64,000 nt of DNA, taken from assembly GCA_965204375.1 (NCBI GenBank), contig OZ241986.1:6240001-6304000 (forward strand), read 5' to 3'. The position numbers were made by a program, and so were the translations under genes. The notes below the pieces were generated by a model. That model had not been told where the DNA came from. It did no database searches and worked only from the letters and a program-made list of their open reading frames with translations. Positions within the stretch are counted from its first letter, which is position 1. Every line of letters begins with the position of its first letter. This stretch comes from Candidatus Latescibacterota bacterium (GTDB taxonomy: Bacteria > Latescibacterota > UBA2968). Positions 18,244 to 28,101 of the stretch are shown piece after piece.

Positions 18244-19605
18244 TCAGCCCAGCAATTTCTGTTCCCAGGCTTTTATGTATTCTTCGGGCGTTAGTTGGCT
18301 GTCCGGTGCGCTCCGATGTTTGTCGTACATGTCTTCTGCTTGTGCTGCGATGACCTCTGGTTCTTCGGGGATTTCGCCCTGGTCGCCGTAGGTTTCGATC
18401 CAGTTGTCGAGGCGTGCGCGAAGGTCGTTGAGCGCGTTCTGGTGATCTGGCGATTCTGCGAGGTTTTCGACTTCGTGGGGATCGGCTCGCAGGTCGTAGA
18501 GTTCTTCGTAAGGGCGATAGGGGGCGAGGAATTTTGCCTGTGCTTCGGTGAGTTTGCCTTCTCTTTCGAGCAGGGGCAGGAGTGTCCAGAGGGGGTATTG
18601 CTGGTATTTGTAGCGGTTGAATTGCATGTAGGGTCGGTCGGGGTGATAGTTGCGTATGTATTTGTAGTTTTTGGTGCGTACGCAACGGATGCGATCTACT
18701 GTGCCGTCACATCGGTCGCGTGCTGAGTAGATTTCGCTGCGGGATTTCGCATCGGGACCGAGGAAGATGTTGCCTTCCATTTCCGGGGGGACTTCTAAAC
18801 CCGCGAGCGAGAGGGCGGTGGGGGCAAGGTCTATGCCGCTGACGAGTTCGTCGCTTACGACGCCTGCGTCGATGTGTCCGGGCCAGCGGACAATGCAGGG
18901 TATGCGAATGCCGCCGTCGTACAGGAATTGTTTGTCGCGGATGTGCGCGCGTCCGTGGTCTGCGATGAGGAAGACGATGGTGTTGTCGGCTACGCCTTCG
19001 TCTTCGAGGCGCTGGAGCACCTCACCGACTTTGTGGTCGAAGACCTGAACGCTTTCGAGATACATGGCCCAGTCTTTTCTGATGAGGGGATGATCGGGAT
19101 AATATGGCGGAATTTCTACGGCGTCGGGATCGACGGGGTTTTGCGGGTCGGGTGTGAAGTTGCGATGGGTGTCTGTGATGTTGTTCTGGGCGTAAAAGGG
19201 CTGGCCCTCTGCGCGTTGGGTCCAGTCTATGCCGTCAAAGACGCCATTGCGCTGGAAGTTGAAGTCGGTTTTACCGGATTTGTCAAAGGGCGGTCCCGGG
19301 CTGTTGCAGGTGTAATATCCCGCATCGCGGAAGTAGTCGGTGATGAGGCGAATGTGTTCGGGCAATGGGGTGTCGCGCTTGCTGCGGTGGTTGTGCGCGC
19401 CAAAGCTGGTTTGATAACGGCCGGTGATGATGGCCGATCTGCTCGGAGAACACACTGGGCAGGTGACAAACGCATTTGTAAATAGCGTGCCTTCCGAAGC
19501 GAGTTTGTCGATGTTGGGGGTTTGCACGGCTGGTGTGCCATAGCAGGCGAGGTTGGGATAGAGGTCTTCGCCGTAGATCCAGAGGATGTTGGGTTTATTG
19601 GGCAT
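18244..19605 (-). CDS. Formylglycine-dependent sulfatase
   Basis: KPNIL, CSPSRSAIITG (CxPxR), ADHG, ELYDL.ADP.E..NLA. Confidence 0.92.
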   Translation of the reverse strand: MPNKPNILWIYGEDLYPNLACYGTPAVQTPNIDKLASEGTLFTNAFVTCPVCSPSRSAIITGRYQTSFGAHNHRSKRDTPLPEHIRLITDYFRDAGYYTCNSPGPPFDKSGKTDFNFQRNGVFDGIDWTQRAEGQPFYAQNNITDTHRNFTPDPQNPVDPDAVEIPPYYPDHPLIRKDWAMYLESVQVFDHKVGEVLQRLEDEGVADNTIVFLIADHGRAHIRDKQFLYDGGIRIPCIVRWPGHIDAGVVSDELVSGIDLAPTALSLAGLEVPPEMEGNIFLGPDAKSRSEIYSARDRCDGTVDRIRCVRTKNYKYIRNYHPDRPYMQFNRYKYQQYPLWTLLPLLEREGKLTEAQAKFLAPYRPYEELYDLRADPHEVENLAESPDHQNALNDLRARLDNWIETYGDQGEIPEEPEVIAAQAEDMYDKHRSAPDSQLTPEEYIKAWEQKLLG

Positions 19606-19657
19606 GGTAAAAAATCCATTCGTAAGTGTGGTTCAGATGGTCGGGTAAAGGACAATT

Positions 19658-19683
19658 GTAGGGGCAGGCCCCTGTGTCTGCCC
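19658..19683 (+). repeat. GTAG-family REP-like palindrome
   Basis: GTAGGGGCAGGCCCCTGTGTCTGCCC, followed by octamer repeats at 19697-19722. Confidence 0.65.
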
Positions 19684-19724
19684 GTTGGGTGGTTGGTCTG
19701 ATTCGTCTATTCGTTGATTCGTCT

Positions 19725-20528
19725 TTATCGCGCGCCGCACGCTTGCAAGGATGCCTGCATGTGTCCGCGGGTTTCCGCGCCGATGATGCAACATTGTTCC
19801 AGGCTGTGTCCTTGTGCTTTTGTGCCGATGACTTCGAGGTTGACGGGTCCGTCATAACCGTTTTCGTGCAGGACTCGGATATAGCCGACGAGGTCGATGT
19901 CGCCGCGGCCATTGGCCTGGTTTTCGGGGTCGCCTGGTCCGCGTTCGCGGCCTTTGCAGTCGCGGATGTGGACGTGTTTGACGCGCGAGACGACGGCTGC
20001 GATGGCTTCGACTGGATTTTCATTTGCGCGGTGGATGTGCGAGGGGTCCATGTCAATGCCAAAGGCGGGGGATGAGATGGCTTCCATCACGCGCAGGGTG
20101 GTTGGGGTGTTGTAGATGGCTGCGCCCACATGGGCTTTGACGCAGAGAGTTACGCCGTATTTTTCGGCCATGTTGGCGAGGCTGCCGAGGGAGTCGATGC
20201 TTTGCTGGAGGGTTTCTTCGTCGTCTGATTTTCCACCTGGACCGCAATTGACGACGGGGATGCCAGCTTCGTTTGCAGCACAAAATGCTTTTTCCATCAT
20301 TTCGGGGTCTTGTCTGGGTTGTTCCATGGCGAGGAGTTCGAGGCCGTATTCACGTCCCAGACGTCTGGCTTCCCGGGCTGTTTCGCGCCAGTTGTCGAGG
20401 ACGAGGTGCTGGCTCATGCCACCTATTGCCGCGACTTCTATGCCGTCGTATCCGGCCATGGCGGTGTATTTAAAAGCGGTTTCCATGTCCCACGCGCCAA
20501 AAAGAACTGAGTTGAGTCCGAGTTTCAT
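19725..20528 (-). CDS. Sugar phosphate isomerase/epimerase (xylose isomerase-like TIM barrel)
   Basis: GYDGIE, DPSH, HVHIRD, GYDGPVNLE. Confidence 0.85.
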   Translation of the reverse strand: MKLGLNSVLFGAWDMETAFKYTAMAGYDGIEVAAIGGMSQHLVLDNWRETAREARRLGREYGLELLAMEQPRQDPEMMEKAFCAANEAGIPVVNCGPGGKSDDEETLQQSIDSLGSLANMAEKYGVTLCVKAHVGAAIYNTPTTLRVMEAISSPAFGIDMDPSHIHRANENPVEAIAAVVSRVKHVHIRDCKGRERGPGDPENQANGRGDIDLVGYIRVLHENGYDGPVNLEVIGTKAQGHSLEQCCIIGAETRGHMQASLQACGAR

Positions 20529-20554
20529 GTTTCCTCCTGTAAGGGGTTTATTGA

Positions 20555-21610
20555 TTATTGTGATTGCATCGACGGTAAATCCGTGCGTGACCCGCGCACG
20601 TCTATCGCTTCTCTAGAGAGCCGAGCCTGGGGTGCTTCGCCTTTTAATATTCGCTCAAAATCATCGCCGATTACTTCGGCGACTTGCAAGTTCGCATCTC
20701 GCGTGCGTCCGGCAATGTGAGGGGTGTGGACGACATTGACACGGTTCCGCAATAGGTCGTCTGTTGGCACTGGCTCGTTGTCATATACGTCAAATGCACC
20801 AGCGAGTTCGTTGGCGATAATGCGTTCCCGCAATGCGTCCATATCGACGGCGTGTGCGCGCGTGGTTATTACGACCAGGCTGCCTTTGCGCAACCGATGA
20901 ATGCGTTCTCGCGATAGAATTTTTCTGGCAGATGGCGTTGGCGGTATGGTGACGACCACTATCTCGCATTCATCTACGAGGGTGTCCATTTCCACGCCTT
21001 CTACGCCGAGTTCATCCAACTGCGATTTTGGAATAAATGGATCGTAGCCCAGTACGCGCGCGCCGAGCGCATTGGACCACATTGCCATCCGCCCGCCGAT
21101 TTGTCCCAGTCCCATGACGCCGACGGTTTTGGTTCCCAATGTGCCGTTGACGAAATCCGGGTTGTCGCAAAATTGCGCGTATTCAAAATTCCACAGGCGT
21201 TCGCCCGATGCCATGCGTTTGTGCCATTGTGGTATCATGCGCAGGGCGTTTAATGTCAGGGCGAGTGTAATTTCTGCGACAGATGCCGCCCATGCGCGCG
21301 TGCCGTCAATGATGGGGATATCGCGTTCGAACATGCCATCGACTGGAAGAGCGCGATGGCCCCAATTATCCAGCACGCCTCCCACGGCTTTTAATTCGGG
21401 TGCGCGTGCCAAACACGCTTCTGTCAACTGTCCGCCGAATAGTGCGATGGCCGATACATGCGACAAATCCGTCAATTCCGAAAGTGGTGCGCCGCGTTCT
21501 ATCTGTACGACGCGCACTTCATCCAATTCATTTAGCCGCGCCATCAGTGCCTCTGGCACAAACGGCCACGATCGTTCCAAATTTTCTGTCCGGGCAAACA
21601 GAATCGCCAT
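20555..21610 (-). CDS. D-isomer-specific 2-hydroxyacid dehydrogenase
   Basis: VGVMGLGQIG, DVYDNEP, TPHIAG. Confidence 0.88.
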   Translation of the reverse strand: MAILFARTENLERSWPFVPEALMARLNELDEVRVVQIERGAPLSELTDLSHVSAIALFGGQLTEACLARAPELKAVGGVLDNWGHRALPVDGMFERDIPIIDGTRAWAASVAEITLALTLNALRMIPQWHKRMASGERLWNFEYAQFCDNPDFVNGTLGTKTVGVMGLGQIGGRMAMWSNALGARVLGYDPFIPKSQLDELGVEGVEMDTLVDECEIVVVTIPPTPSARKILSRERIHRLRKGSLVVITTRAHAVDMDALRERIIANELAGAFDVYDNEPVPTDDLLRNRVNVVHTPHIAGRTRDANLQVAEVIGDDFERILKGEAPQARLSREAIDVRGSRTDLPSMQSQ

Positions 21611-21751
21611 TGTCCATCCTTTCTATTGATTATAAAAAAAATAACATATATGAACAGCAAAATAATGCGTCTTGCCTGGACAAACAAGAACCAAAAAATG
21701 CGGATGTATTGTGAGGAAGGGTAGGTATTGAAGAGAAGGGGGTGAGGTGGG

Positions 21752-21791
21752 ACCGCAATCGGGTTCGCCCGGTGCTGGGCGAACCCGCGGT
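21752..21791. terminator. Strong hairpin downstream of the YWTD gene
   Basis: CGGGTTCGCCC-ggtgct-GGGCGAACCCG with outer ACCGC/GCGGT. Confidence 0.5.
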
Positions 21792-21800
21792 TTTCATAGC

Positions 21801-23009
21801 CTATGGTGTGAGCATCAGGGCGATGCCCTGTGGATTGACCAATCCAGAGGTGACGAGGGCTTCGGGACTGGATCCGTCGAGGTTGGCGCGCCAGATTTTA
21901 CCGTCATTGACGTTGGCTGTGCCAGCATCTACCCAGTACATCTTTGGGGGATCGCTCGTCAGGTCCAGGGCGACGTCGCGCGGCCCAGTGGCCGGACCGC
22001 CGAGTGATTGCCCGCCGATTGTTCTGGTATTGACCACATCTTCTGGTTCAGTGCCATCGAGATTGGCACGCCGGATTCTATCCCTGGTGGGATCCACCCA
22101 GTACATCTTGCCCCCGGGCACATCCAGAGCAATACCCCTTGAAAAGCGCAACAGATTTTCGAAGGTGAGGAGGGTTTCCACATTGGATCCGTCGAGGTTG
22201 GCGCGCTGGATTTTATCGTTCGGAAGTGGGTTGGGGGATCCCGTGCCGGAGTCCGTCCAGTACATCTTGCCCCCTGCCACATCCAGCGCGATGCTCTGCG
22301 CATTAATCAATCCAGTGTTGAAGAGGACTTCGGGACTGGATCCATCGAGATTGGCACGCCAGATTTTACCGTCATTGACGTTGTTTGTGCCAGCATCTAT
22401 CCAGTATATCTTTGGAGGATCACTTGTCAAGTCCAGGGCAACGTCACGCGGAATGGTGGCCGGACCGCTGAGTGACTGCCCGTCGACCGTTCTCGTGTTG
22501 ATGATATCTTCTACGCCAGAGCCATCGAGGTTGGCGCGCCGAATTCTATCCCTGGTGGGGTCCGTCCAGTACATCTTGCCCCCGGCCACATCCAGAGCAA
22601 TTCCAAATGGAAGCCGCAAGAAGTTTTCGAAGGTGAGGAGGGTTTCCACATTGGAGCCATCGAGGTCGGCGCGCTGGATTTTATCATCCTGCATAGGAGT
22701 GGGATTACCCGTGCCAGAGTCTGTCCAGTATATCTTGCCCATAGCCTTGGGCACTGTTTTGCCAAATTGTCCGGCGAATATCAAAAAATCGCCAAATCCG
22801 ACCTCGCCGTCGCCATCCAGGTCGAATCGGGCTTCATACCTATCATCGTCCTGACGTGCCCCGAACTTGCCGGCAAAGAGCAAGAAGTCGGTAAAATCGA
22901 CCTCGCCACTCGCATCAAAGTCCGGATTACCCGATTGTGACCCAACTCTGGCCTGAAGCGGTTGAGCCAAAAGACCTGCGAAAACGATTGCAAATAGTAA
23001 TAAACGCAT
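21801..23009 (-). CDS. Secreted dockerin/EF-hand plus six-bladed YWTD (LDL-receptor class B) propeller protein
   Basis: Signal peptide; DFDASGEVDFTDF / DLDGDGEVGFGDF; six YWTD/YWVD/YWID..RANLDGS repeats. Confidence 0.9.
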   Translation of the reverse strand: MRLLLFAIVFAGLLAQPLQARVGSQSGNPDFDASGEVDFTDFLLFAGKFGARQDDDRYEARFDLDGDGEVGFGDFLIFAGQFGKTVPKAMGKIYWTDSGTGNPTPMQDDKIQRADLDGSNVETLLTFENFLRLPFGIALDVAGGKMYWTDPTRDRIRRANLDGSGVEDIINTRTVDGQSLSGPATIPRDVALDLTSDPPKIYWIDAGTNNVNDGKIWRANLDGSSPEVLFNTGLINAQSIALDVAGGKMYWTDSGTGSPNPLPNDKIQRANLDGSNVETLLTFENLLRFSRGIALDVPGGKMYWVDPTRDRIRRANLDGTEPEDVVNTRTIGGQSLGGPATGPRDVALDLTSDPPKMYWVDAGTANVNDGKIWRANLDGSSPEALVTSGLVNPQGIALMLTP

Positions 23010-23166
23010 GACTTCCTCCCTCTTGTTGGAGTTTAAGCATTACTGCTTGTTTGCATAAGACATGATAACATGAAAGTAATGGATCTGCCAACAAAAAAAT
23101 AGTCAGGGTGCGCGAACATGAGGAATGGTGCTAAAATCCTCGTGCGTTTGGCTGTATATAAATTTT

Positions 23167-23194
23167 TTGACTTATGCGTTTTGCATATTATCAT
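23167..23194 (+). promoter_or_regulatory. Putative sigma70 promoter for the SDR gene
   Basis: TTGACT-16 bp-TATCAT. Confidence 0.4.
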
Positions 23195-23233
23195 GCATCA
23201 GATATAAACCACAACCCATCAGGAGATTTGACT

Positions 23234-23986
23234 ATGAGTAGCAAAGTTGCAATCATCACTGGCGCGGGCAGCGGGATTGGCAAACACACCACGCTTGCCT
23301 TTTTGGATGCGGGTTATTCAGTTGCTCTGGCAGGACGTCGCGAAGAAACTTTGAATGCCACGGTGAGTGAAGCGGGTGTAGATGATTCAAAGACGCTTGT
23401 TGTGCCGACAGATGTTGGCGATCCAGCGTCTGTGGAAAATCTTTTTGCACGGACAAAAGAGAAGTTTGGACGTCTGGATGTGCTTTTTAACAATGCGGGT
23501 GTGGGCGCGCCCGGTGTCAATCTTGAGGATTTGACTTTTGAGCAATGGCAAACGGTCGTCAATACCAATTTAACGGGTGTCTTTCTGTGTATTCAAGAGG
23601 CGTTTAAAATTATGAAAGATCAGACGCCCCGGGGCGGGAGGATCATCAATAATGGGTCGATTTCGGCGCATGTTCCCCGTCCAAATTCTGCGCCTTATAC
23701 GGCGACCAAACACGCAGTGTCCGGTCTGACCAAATCCACTTCGCTCGATGGGCGCAAATACGATATCGCCTGCGGGCAAATCGATATTGGCAATGCAGCG
23801 ACCGATATGACCGAGCGCATGAAAAATGGCGTTCCACAAGCCAATGGATCCACTCTGGTAGAGCCTACGATGGATGTCAGGGGCGTCGCACAAGCCGTGC
23901 TCAATATGGCGAGCCTTCCATTAGATGCGAATGTTCAATTTATGACGATTATGGCGACCAAGATGCCTTATATCGGTCGCGGGTAA
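23234..23986 (+). CDS. Short-chain dehydrogenase/reductase
   Basis: [17 protein letters not shown]. Confidence 0.92.
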   Translation: MSSKVAIITGAGSGIGKHTTLAFLDAGYSVALAGRREETLNATVSEAGVDDSKTLVVPTDVGDPASVENLFARTKEKFGRLDVLFNNAGVGAPGVNLEDLTFEQWQTVVNTNLTGVFLCIQEAFKIMKDQTPRGGRIINNGSISAHVPRPNSAPYTATKHAVSGLTKSTSLDGRKYDIACGQIDIGNAATDMTERMKNGVPQANGSTLVEPTMDVRGVAQAVLNMASLPLDANVQFMTIMATKMPYIGRG

Positions 23987-24017
23987 AAAAAGACCGGACG
24001 CTTTGTCCGGTCTTTTT
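23985..24017. terminator. Bidirectional rho-independent terminator
   Basis: AAAAAAAGACCGGAC-gcttt-GTCCGGTCTTTTT between convergent genes. Confidence 0.85.
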
Positions 24018-24039
24018 AGTTGATACTATGGGAGAGGGG

Positions 24040-26526
24040 TTACATCCCCAGCATGTATGAGACTTTTATGAGAACAGCCCGGTTCCTTTCATTCCATTCT
24101 CGCAAGACATCCCGGTCATCCAGATTATGGTCGTAAGTCACATCAAAGCCCTGATCATAGACAAAGTAAATATCACTGCCGGGGCGGAAGCGGTAATTCA
24201 GCAATACGTTTACACTGGCCTGTTCGCGGTCATTATTCCACTGGGCGAATAGTTTGACATAAAAGTCCGTGGAAAATGAATAGATCAAGCGGTTGCTCAA
24301 TACCTGAATATTGAAGTTGCCCTGGGGTAAGCGCAGCCAGTTGACTTCATAGTCGGTCTCAATCGAAAGTTTTCCAGAAGGCATGAAGGTATTTTCGAGT
24401 GAAAGTTTATATCGCCTTCCCGTGTAATAGTTGCCGATCTCAATGTCGAACTCGGGGCGGACTTTCCGCGAGCGGCTCGGATAGGGACCGGTTCCGAATT
24501 TTGTAAAATTGTATGTGCCGTGTGGGATAATTATATCTGGTCGCTTTTTCGATGGCTTGAATGTGCGCTCGACCACGTCGTGCGTTCGCGTGAATTCGAC
24601 TCGGTACCAGTCTCCGGCATTGAATCGCGTGTAAGTCGCGACCTGCAAGTCCCAGAATTTGACTTTGTTCAGGGGGTCACTGGGATCTGTAATGAGCCGA
24701 AATCTCGGTCCTGTGGAAACATAGCGAATGAGATTCGTGTTGGCGGGTATTCGCGCTCTGACTCGCGCCTCGTATCGCCGAAGTCTCTTCAATCCAGCGC
24801 GGCGGTTGACAAACCCGGCTTTGGGTAGAAAATGCTCTCCAATATCGACGTATTTTAGCGTGCTGGAATAAATACCCCCCGAATAGGTGGCCTGTAAAAA
24901 TCCCGCAGCTCCTGTCTGCGCGTCTTCAGCAGAATCCCAGGTTTTTGCGTAAAATCCCTGAAAATTGAGGGCATTGGATGGTGAAAAACTGAAATCAAGC
25001 CCGGCAGCGCGGTTGTACTGGTCCCAACCCGCACCCGGAATAGGGGTTTGTTTGTTCACGACAATCGCACCGATATTTGACCGCGCTATCACGTCGTGTT
25101 TCAGGCGCAAGACCGAAAAATTGCTGCGCTGGACAAATGTATCGTCCTGAAGCGTTTTGGAATCCGTCAATACATTCAATGCGCCAATGCTCGTTTTGCC
25201 AGCTTTGCCCGCCAGTTTGCTGCCCAGAAGAATGGGTACGGGTTCCCCCGATTCCAGGCCGATTCGGCGGCTGTAGAACAAAATCGTGGGCGGGCGGCTG
25301 TCCCCGCCGCGTCTCGTGGCGGCTTCGCCAAAATCAAAGAGACTGGATCCCTCCAGGAAGAATTCGCGTTTTTCGGGGAAGAATTGCGAGAATTGCGTCA
25401 GGTTTACTTCCTCTTGATCCCCTTCAACCTGGGCAAAATCTGTATTATAAGACAGATCCAGTATCATATTGGGTGTGAGGCCATACCGCACATCTACACC
25501 CGATTCAAAAGTACTTTGTGTAGATGGATCTTCTGCCTGCAAATCTTTCACTGCGCCGGGCAATACATAAGGTTTGATCTGAAATACGCGGCGGGTTTTT
25601 AAGGATTTTATTCCTCTGAGTTCTGCGAGGTCTGTTGTGCGATAGCGCTGCGTTGGTGATGTCGATCTTTGCCCGATCATCAGTGCTGTCGATTCGGTCT
25701 TGCGGGCAATAAAGCGCGCGAGGTTAATGCCCCATACCGCATCCTCTTCGTCCTTAAATCGCAGTTGATCGAATGGAATTGCCACCTCAACCGACCATCC
25801 TTTGTCGTGCCGGTGTCCTTTGGCTTCCCAGATGCAATCCCAATCTTCGTTGTAGGTGCGGCCTTCCCGCGATAGGATCAGATCGCGTTTTGCACCCAGA
25901 GAGTTGACGAAGAAGAATGCGCCGGTTTGGCGGTCGTTATAAGTATCCAGAAGTATTTGCACATTGTCATCGCCCCACAATTGCGAATCGCGCCGCATAT
26001 TATTTGCCACGATTTTATGTGGTTCAGAATCAAAACATTCAAATCCGAAATAGATTTTTCTCTGGTCGTAAACAATACGGGCTGTTGTGCGTTCGGTGCT
26101 CGGCACCCAGTAGCCCGGGTCGCGCTGTACAAATCCTTCGATGGGTTTTGCATTTTGCCAAGCAGGGTCGTCCAAATGCCCGTCCATTTTGGGACCGTTA
26201 TCTACGCGGGTGGCGTAAACAGCGCGCGGTGCATCGTCAGAAGTCTGTGTGGTGACAACGCGAATGCGATCCGATACCTTTACGGGTGAACCGTTTTCCT
26301 CGACTACTCGTGCCACGAGCACGTCGTCGTCGAGTTTTTTGATGACTTGAAGCGTTGACCCATTGTCCATCTGCAATTGGCTTCCCAGGGATGCCGCCCC
26401 ATTGAGTCCAGATACATAAGCGAGATCGCCCGTGATTTCTTTGATTATACCGGCTGTGTCATCACTTTCAGTCGGATGCGCGCAAATCGCTATACAGATA
26501 AGCCCAAGCAAGCACGCTCTGATCAT
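24040..26526 (-). CDS. CBM9-like / DUF5916 outer-membrane protein
   Basis: PKMDGHLDDPAW, GWSVEVAIPF, NTDFAQVE.D, FFPEKREFFLEG, LFYSRRIG. Confidence 0.8.
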   Translation of the reverse strand: MIRACLLGLICIAICAHPTESDDTAGIIKEITGDLAYVSGLNGAASLGSQLQMDNGSTLQVIKKLDDDVLVARVVEENGSPVKVSDRIRVVTTQTSDDAPRAVYATRVDNGPKMDGHLDDPAWQNAKPIEGFVQRDPGYWVPSTERTTARIVYDQRKIYFGFECFDSEPHKIVANNMRRDSQLWGDDNVQILLDTYNDRQTGAFFFVNSLGAKRDLILSREGRTYNEDWDCIWEAKGHRHDKGWSVEVAIPFDQLRFKDEEDAVWGINLARFIARKTESTALMIGQRSTSPTQRYRTTDLAELRGIKSLKTRRVFQIKPYVLPGAVKDLQAEDPSTQSTFESGVDVRYGLTPNMILDLSYNTDFAQVEGDQEEVNLTQFSQFFPEKREFFLEGSSLFDFGEAATRRGGDSRPPTILFYSRRIGLESGEPVPILLGSKLAGKAGKTSIGALNVLTDSKTLQDDTFVQRSNFSVLRLKHDVIARSNIGAIVVNKQTPIPGAGWDQYNRAAGLDFSFSPSNALNFQGFYAKTWDSAEDAQTGAAGFLQATYSGGIYSSTLKYVDIGEHFLPKAGFVNRRAGLKRLRRYEARVRARIPANTNLIRYVSTGPRFRLITDPSDPLNKVKFWDLQVATYTRFNAGDWYRVEFTRTHDVVERTFKPSKKRPDIIIPHGTYNFTKFGTGPYPSRSRKVRPEFDIEIGNYYTGRRYKLSLENTFMPSGKLSIETDYEVNWLRLPQGNFNIQVLSNRLIYSFSTDFYVKLFAQWNNDREQASVNVLLNYRFRPGSDIYFVYDQGFDVTYDHNLDDRDVLREWNERNRAVLIKVSYMLGM

Positions 26527-26648
26527 ATTTTTGCTCCTGGATAGTGTGGGAAGCCGGTGGATAGTGGCTTCAAGTAAGAACTTACTTACTTAATGTAACA
26601 AAAAATAAAAATTTCGCATTATTTTTTGGAGGAGAGTAGATGGGGAGA

Positions 26649-28091
26649 TCAGTACATATTGTCTTTTGTCGTGATCGGACACCAGCGAGAATTGAATAGG
26701 GTGTGGAATAATATATCTCGTGCAGCAGGTGTGCCGATTTGTTTCAGCAGATATGCAGCGTAAAATCGATTGTAGCGGTTTTCGTCTTCGAGCATTGTCG
26801 CCAGTGCTTCAACTGCAATATTACCCGATTCTCCGAATTTTGCGAGGGTGAGGGCTGCGTTGCGGCGCACGCGATAGTCTTCATCGCCGAGTGCCTGCGT
26901 CAGATCAGAGCGTAGCTCCGGAGAAAGATCACCGATTGCGCCCAGTGCTTCGATCGCATTGCGGCGTACCCACCAGTGATTGTCTTTCATCGCGTTTTTC
27001 AAAGCGGGTGCAGATGCAATGGCGTTTGATCCGATATGTCCCAATACATTGGCTGCAACCGCTCGTATCCACCAGTGATTGTCTGATAATGTTTCTGTGA
27101 GGGCGGCTACTGCGGGTTCTCCTATGAATGAGAGGGATAGTGCCGCGCATCCACTCGTGGGATTTGTTCCATGGGCATTGTCCGGTGTTTTGGCTTCTGT
27201 TTCCTCTATTGTCGCGAGTGTTTCCTCTCGCATGGCGGCGATGAGTTCGGGTACGGCTGCCGCGCCAAATTCAGCGAGTTTATACGTTGCGTCCAATCGT
27301 TCACATTCCGATCCATTCTTCAGGACGCGAATCAAATTTTTTAGATTGCTCTCTGGTGTTTCGCGTTCTTTTTGTGCGTTTCCGCACATCCAGTTCCATA
27401 CGTCTTTTGATATGGCTGGATGCCGATCTTCAATGCCCGGAGACCACGCGCGGCTCTGGTGATTCCATGTGGGTTTTTGCGGTTCTTGTGTGCGCGCAAA
27501 TTGGAATTTCAGCATGTACCGATTTTTAGTGCTTATATTTTCGGTTGCGCGGTGCCAGGAGTCGAAGTGGATTAGAGCTATGGTGCCCGCAGGTCCGCAA
27601 AATGCGCGTTCTTTTTCTTTCGTTTGTGCGGGATCTACATCGCTGATGGTTTTGTATATTTGCATGCCGGGCAATACGCCCGAAGGTCCCATGTCCTCAG
27701 TTGTGTCCTGTGGAAAATAAAAAGCGAGCAACCAGTAGAATCTCGGGTGCCGCAAATTGTGATCATATACATAACAGTCTTTGTGCCATCGCTGTCCGTT
27801 TCGCCCCGGGGGATTCAAATGACAGTGTCGATGGGGATTCAAAATGTATCCCGGTCCGAGTAAGCTGGTGAGTGCCCCTTTTACGTTGGGGTGTTCAAAC
27901 ACCTGCCCGATTTGCGGTATTCGGGGCAAGATGTTATTGCCGGGGTTGCCCTCCTTTTCAAAGACTGTCTCTATCTGGTCGTAGATATTCGCGTGGAATG
28001 AGGGCGGATAATCCGCGTGAACTGTCATGCATCCATCTACGATAAATCTCTGTACCTCTTCATCGGTTAATAACCGCATTGGGTCAGCCAT
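26649..28091 (-). CDS. Phytanoyl-CoA dioxygenase-like domain fused to HEAT/PBS repeats
   Basis: WHKD..SWH facial triad; repeats WWIRAVAA..LG, WWVRRNA..ALG, YRVRRNAA..L; AAGGAGG before ATG 28091. Confidence 0.8.
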   Translation of the reverse strand: MADPMRLLTDEEVQRFIVDGCMTVHADYPPSFHANIYDQIETVFEKEGNPGNNILPRIPQIGQVFEHPNVKGALTSLLGPGYILNPHRHCHLNPPGRNGQRWHKDCYVYDHNLRHPRFYWLLAFYFPQDTTEDMGPSGVLPGMQIYKTISDVDPAQTKEKERAFCGPAGTIALIHFDSWHRATENISTKNRYMLKFQFARTQEPQKPTWNHQSRAWSPGIEDRHPAISKDVWNWMCGNAQKERETPESNLKNLIRVLKNGSECERLDATYKLAEFGAAAVPELIAAMREETLATIEETEAKTPDNAHGTNPTSGCAALSLSFIGEPAVAALTETLSDNHWWIRAVAANVLGHIGSNAIASAPALKNAMKDNHWWVRRNAIEALGAIGDLSPELRSDLTQALGDEDYRVRRNAALTLAKFGESGNIAVEALATMLEDENRYNRFYAAYLLKQIGTPAARDILFHTLFNSRWCPITTKDNMY

Positions 28092-28101
28092 GGGGTCCTC
28101 C

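Noticed and set aside
16843-19485. Long alternate-frame ORFs over the aminotransferase and sulfatase
   Set aside because: Arg/Pro- or Val-rich shadow frames expected from GC-rich, skewed codon usage
21742-22854. 370-aa + strand ORF with internal repeats
   Set aside because: Antisense shadow of the YWTD gene; its repeats mirror the real gene
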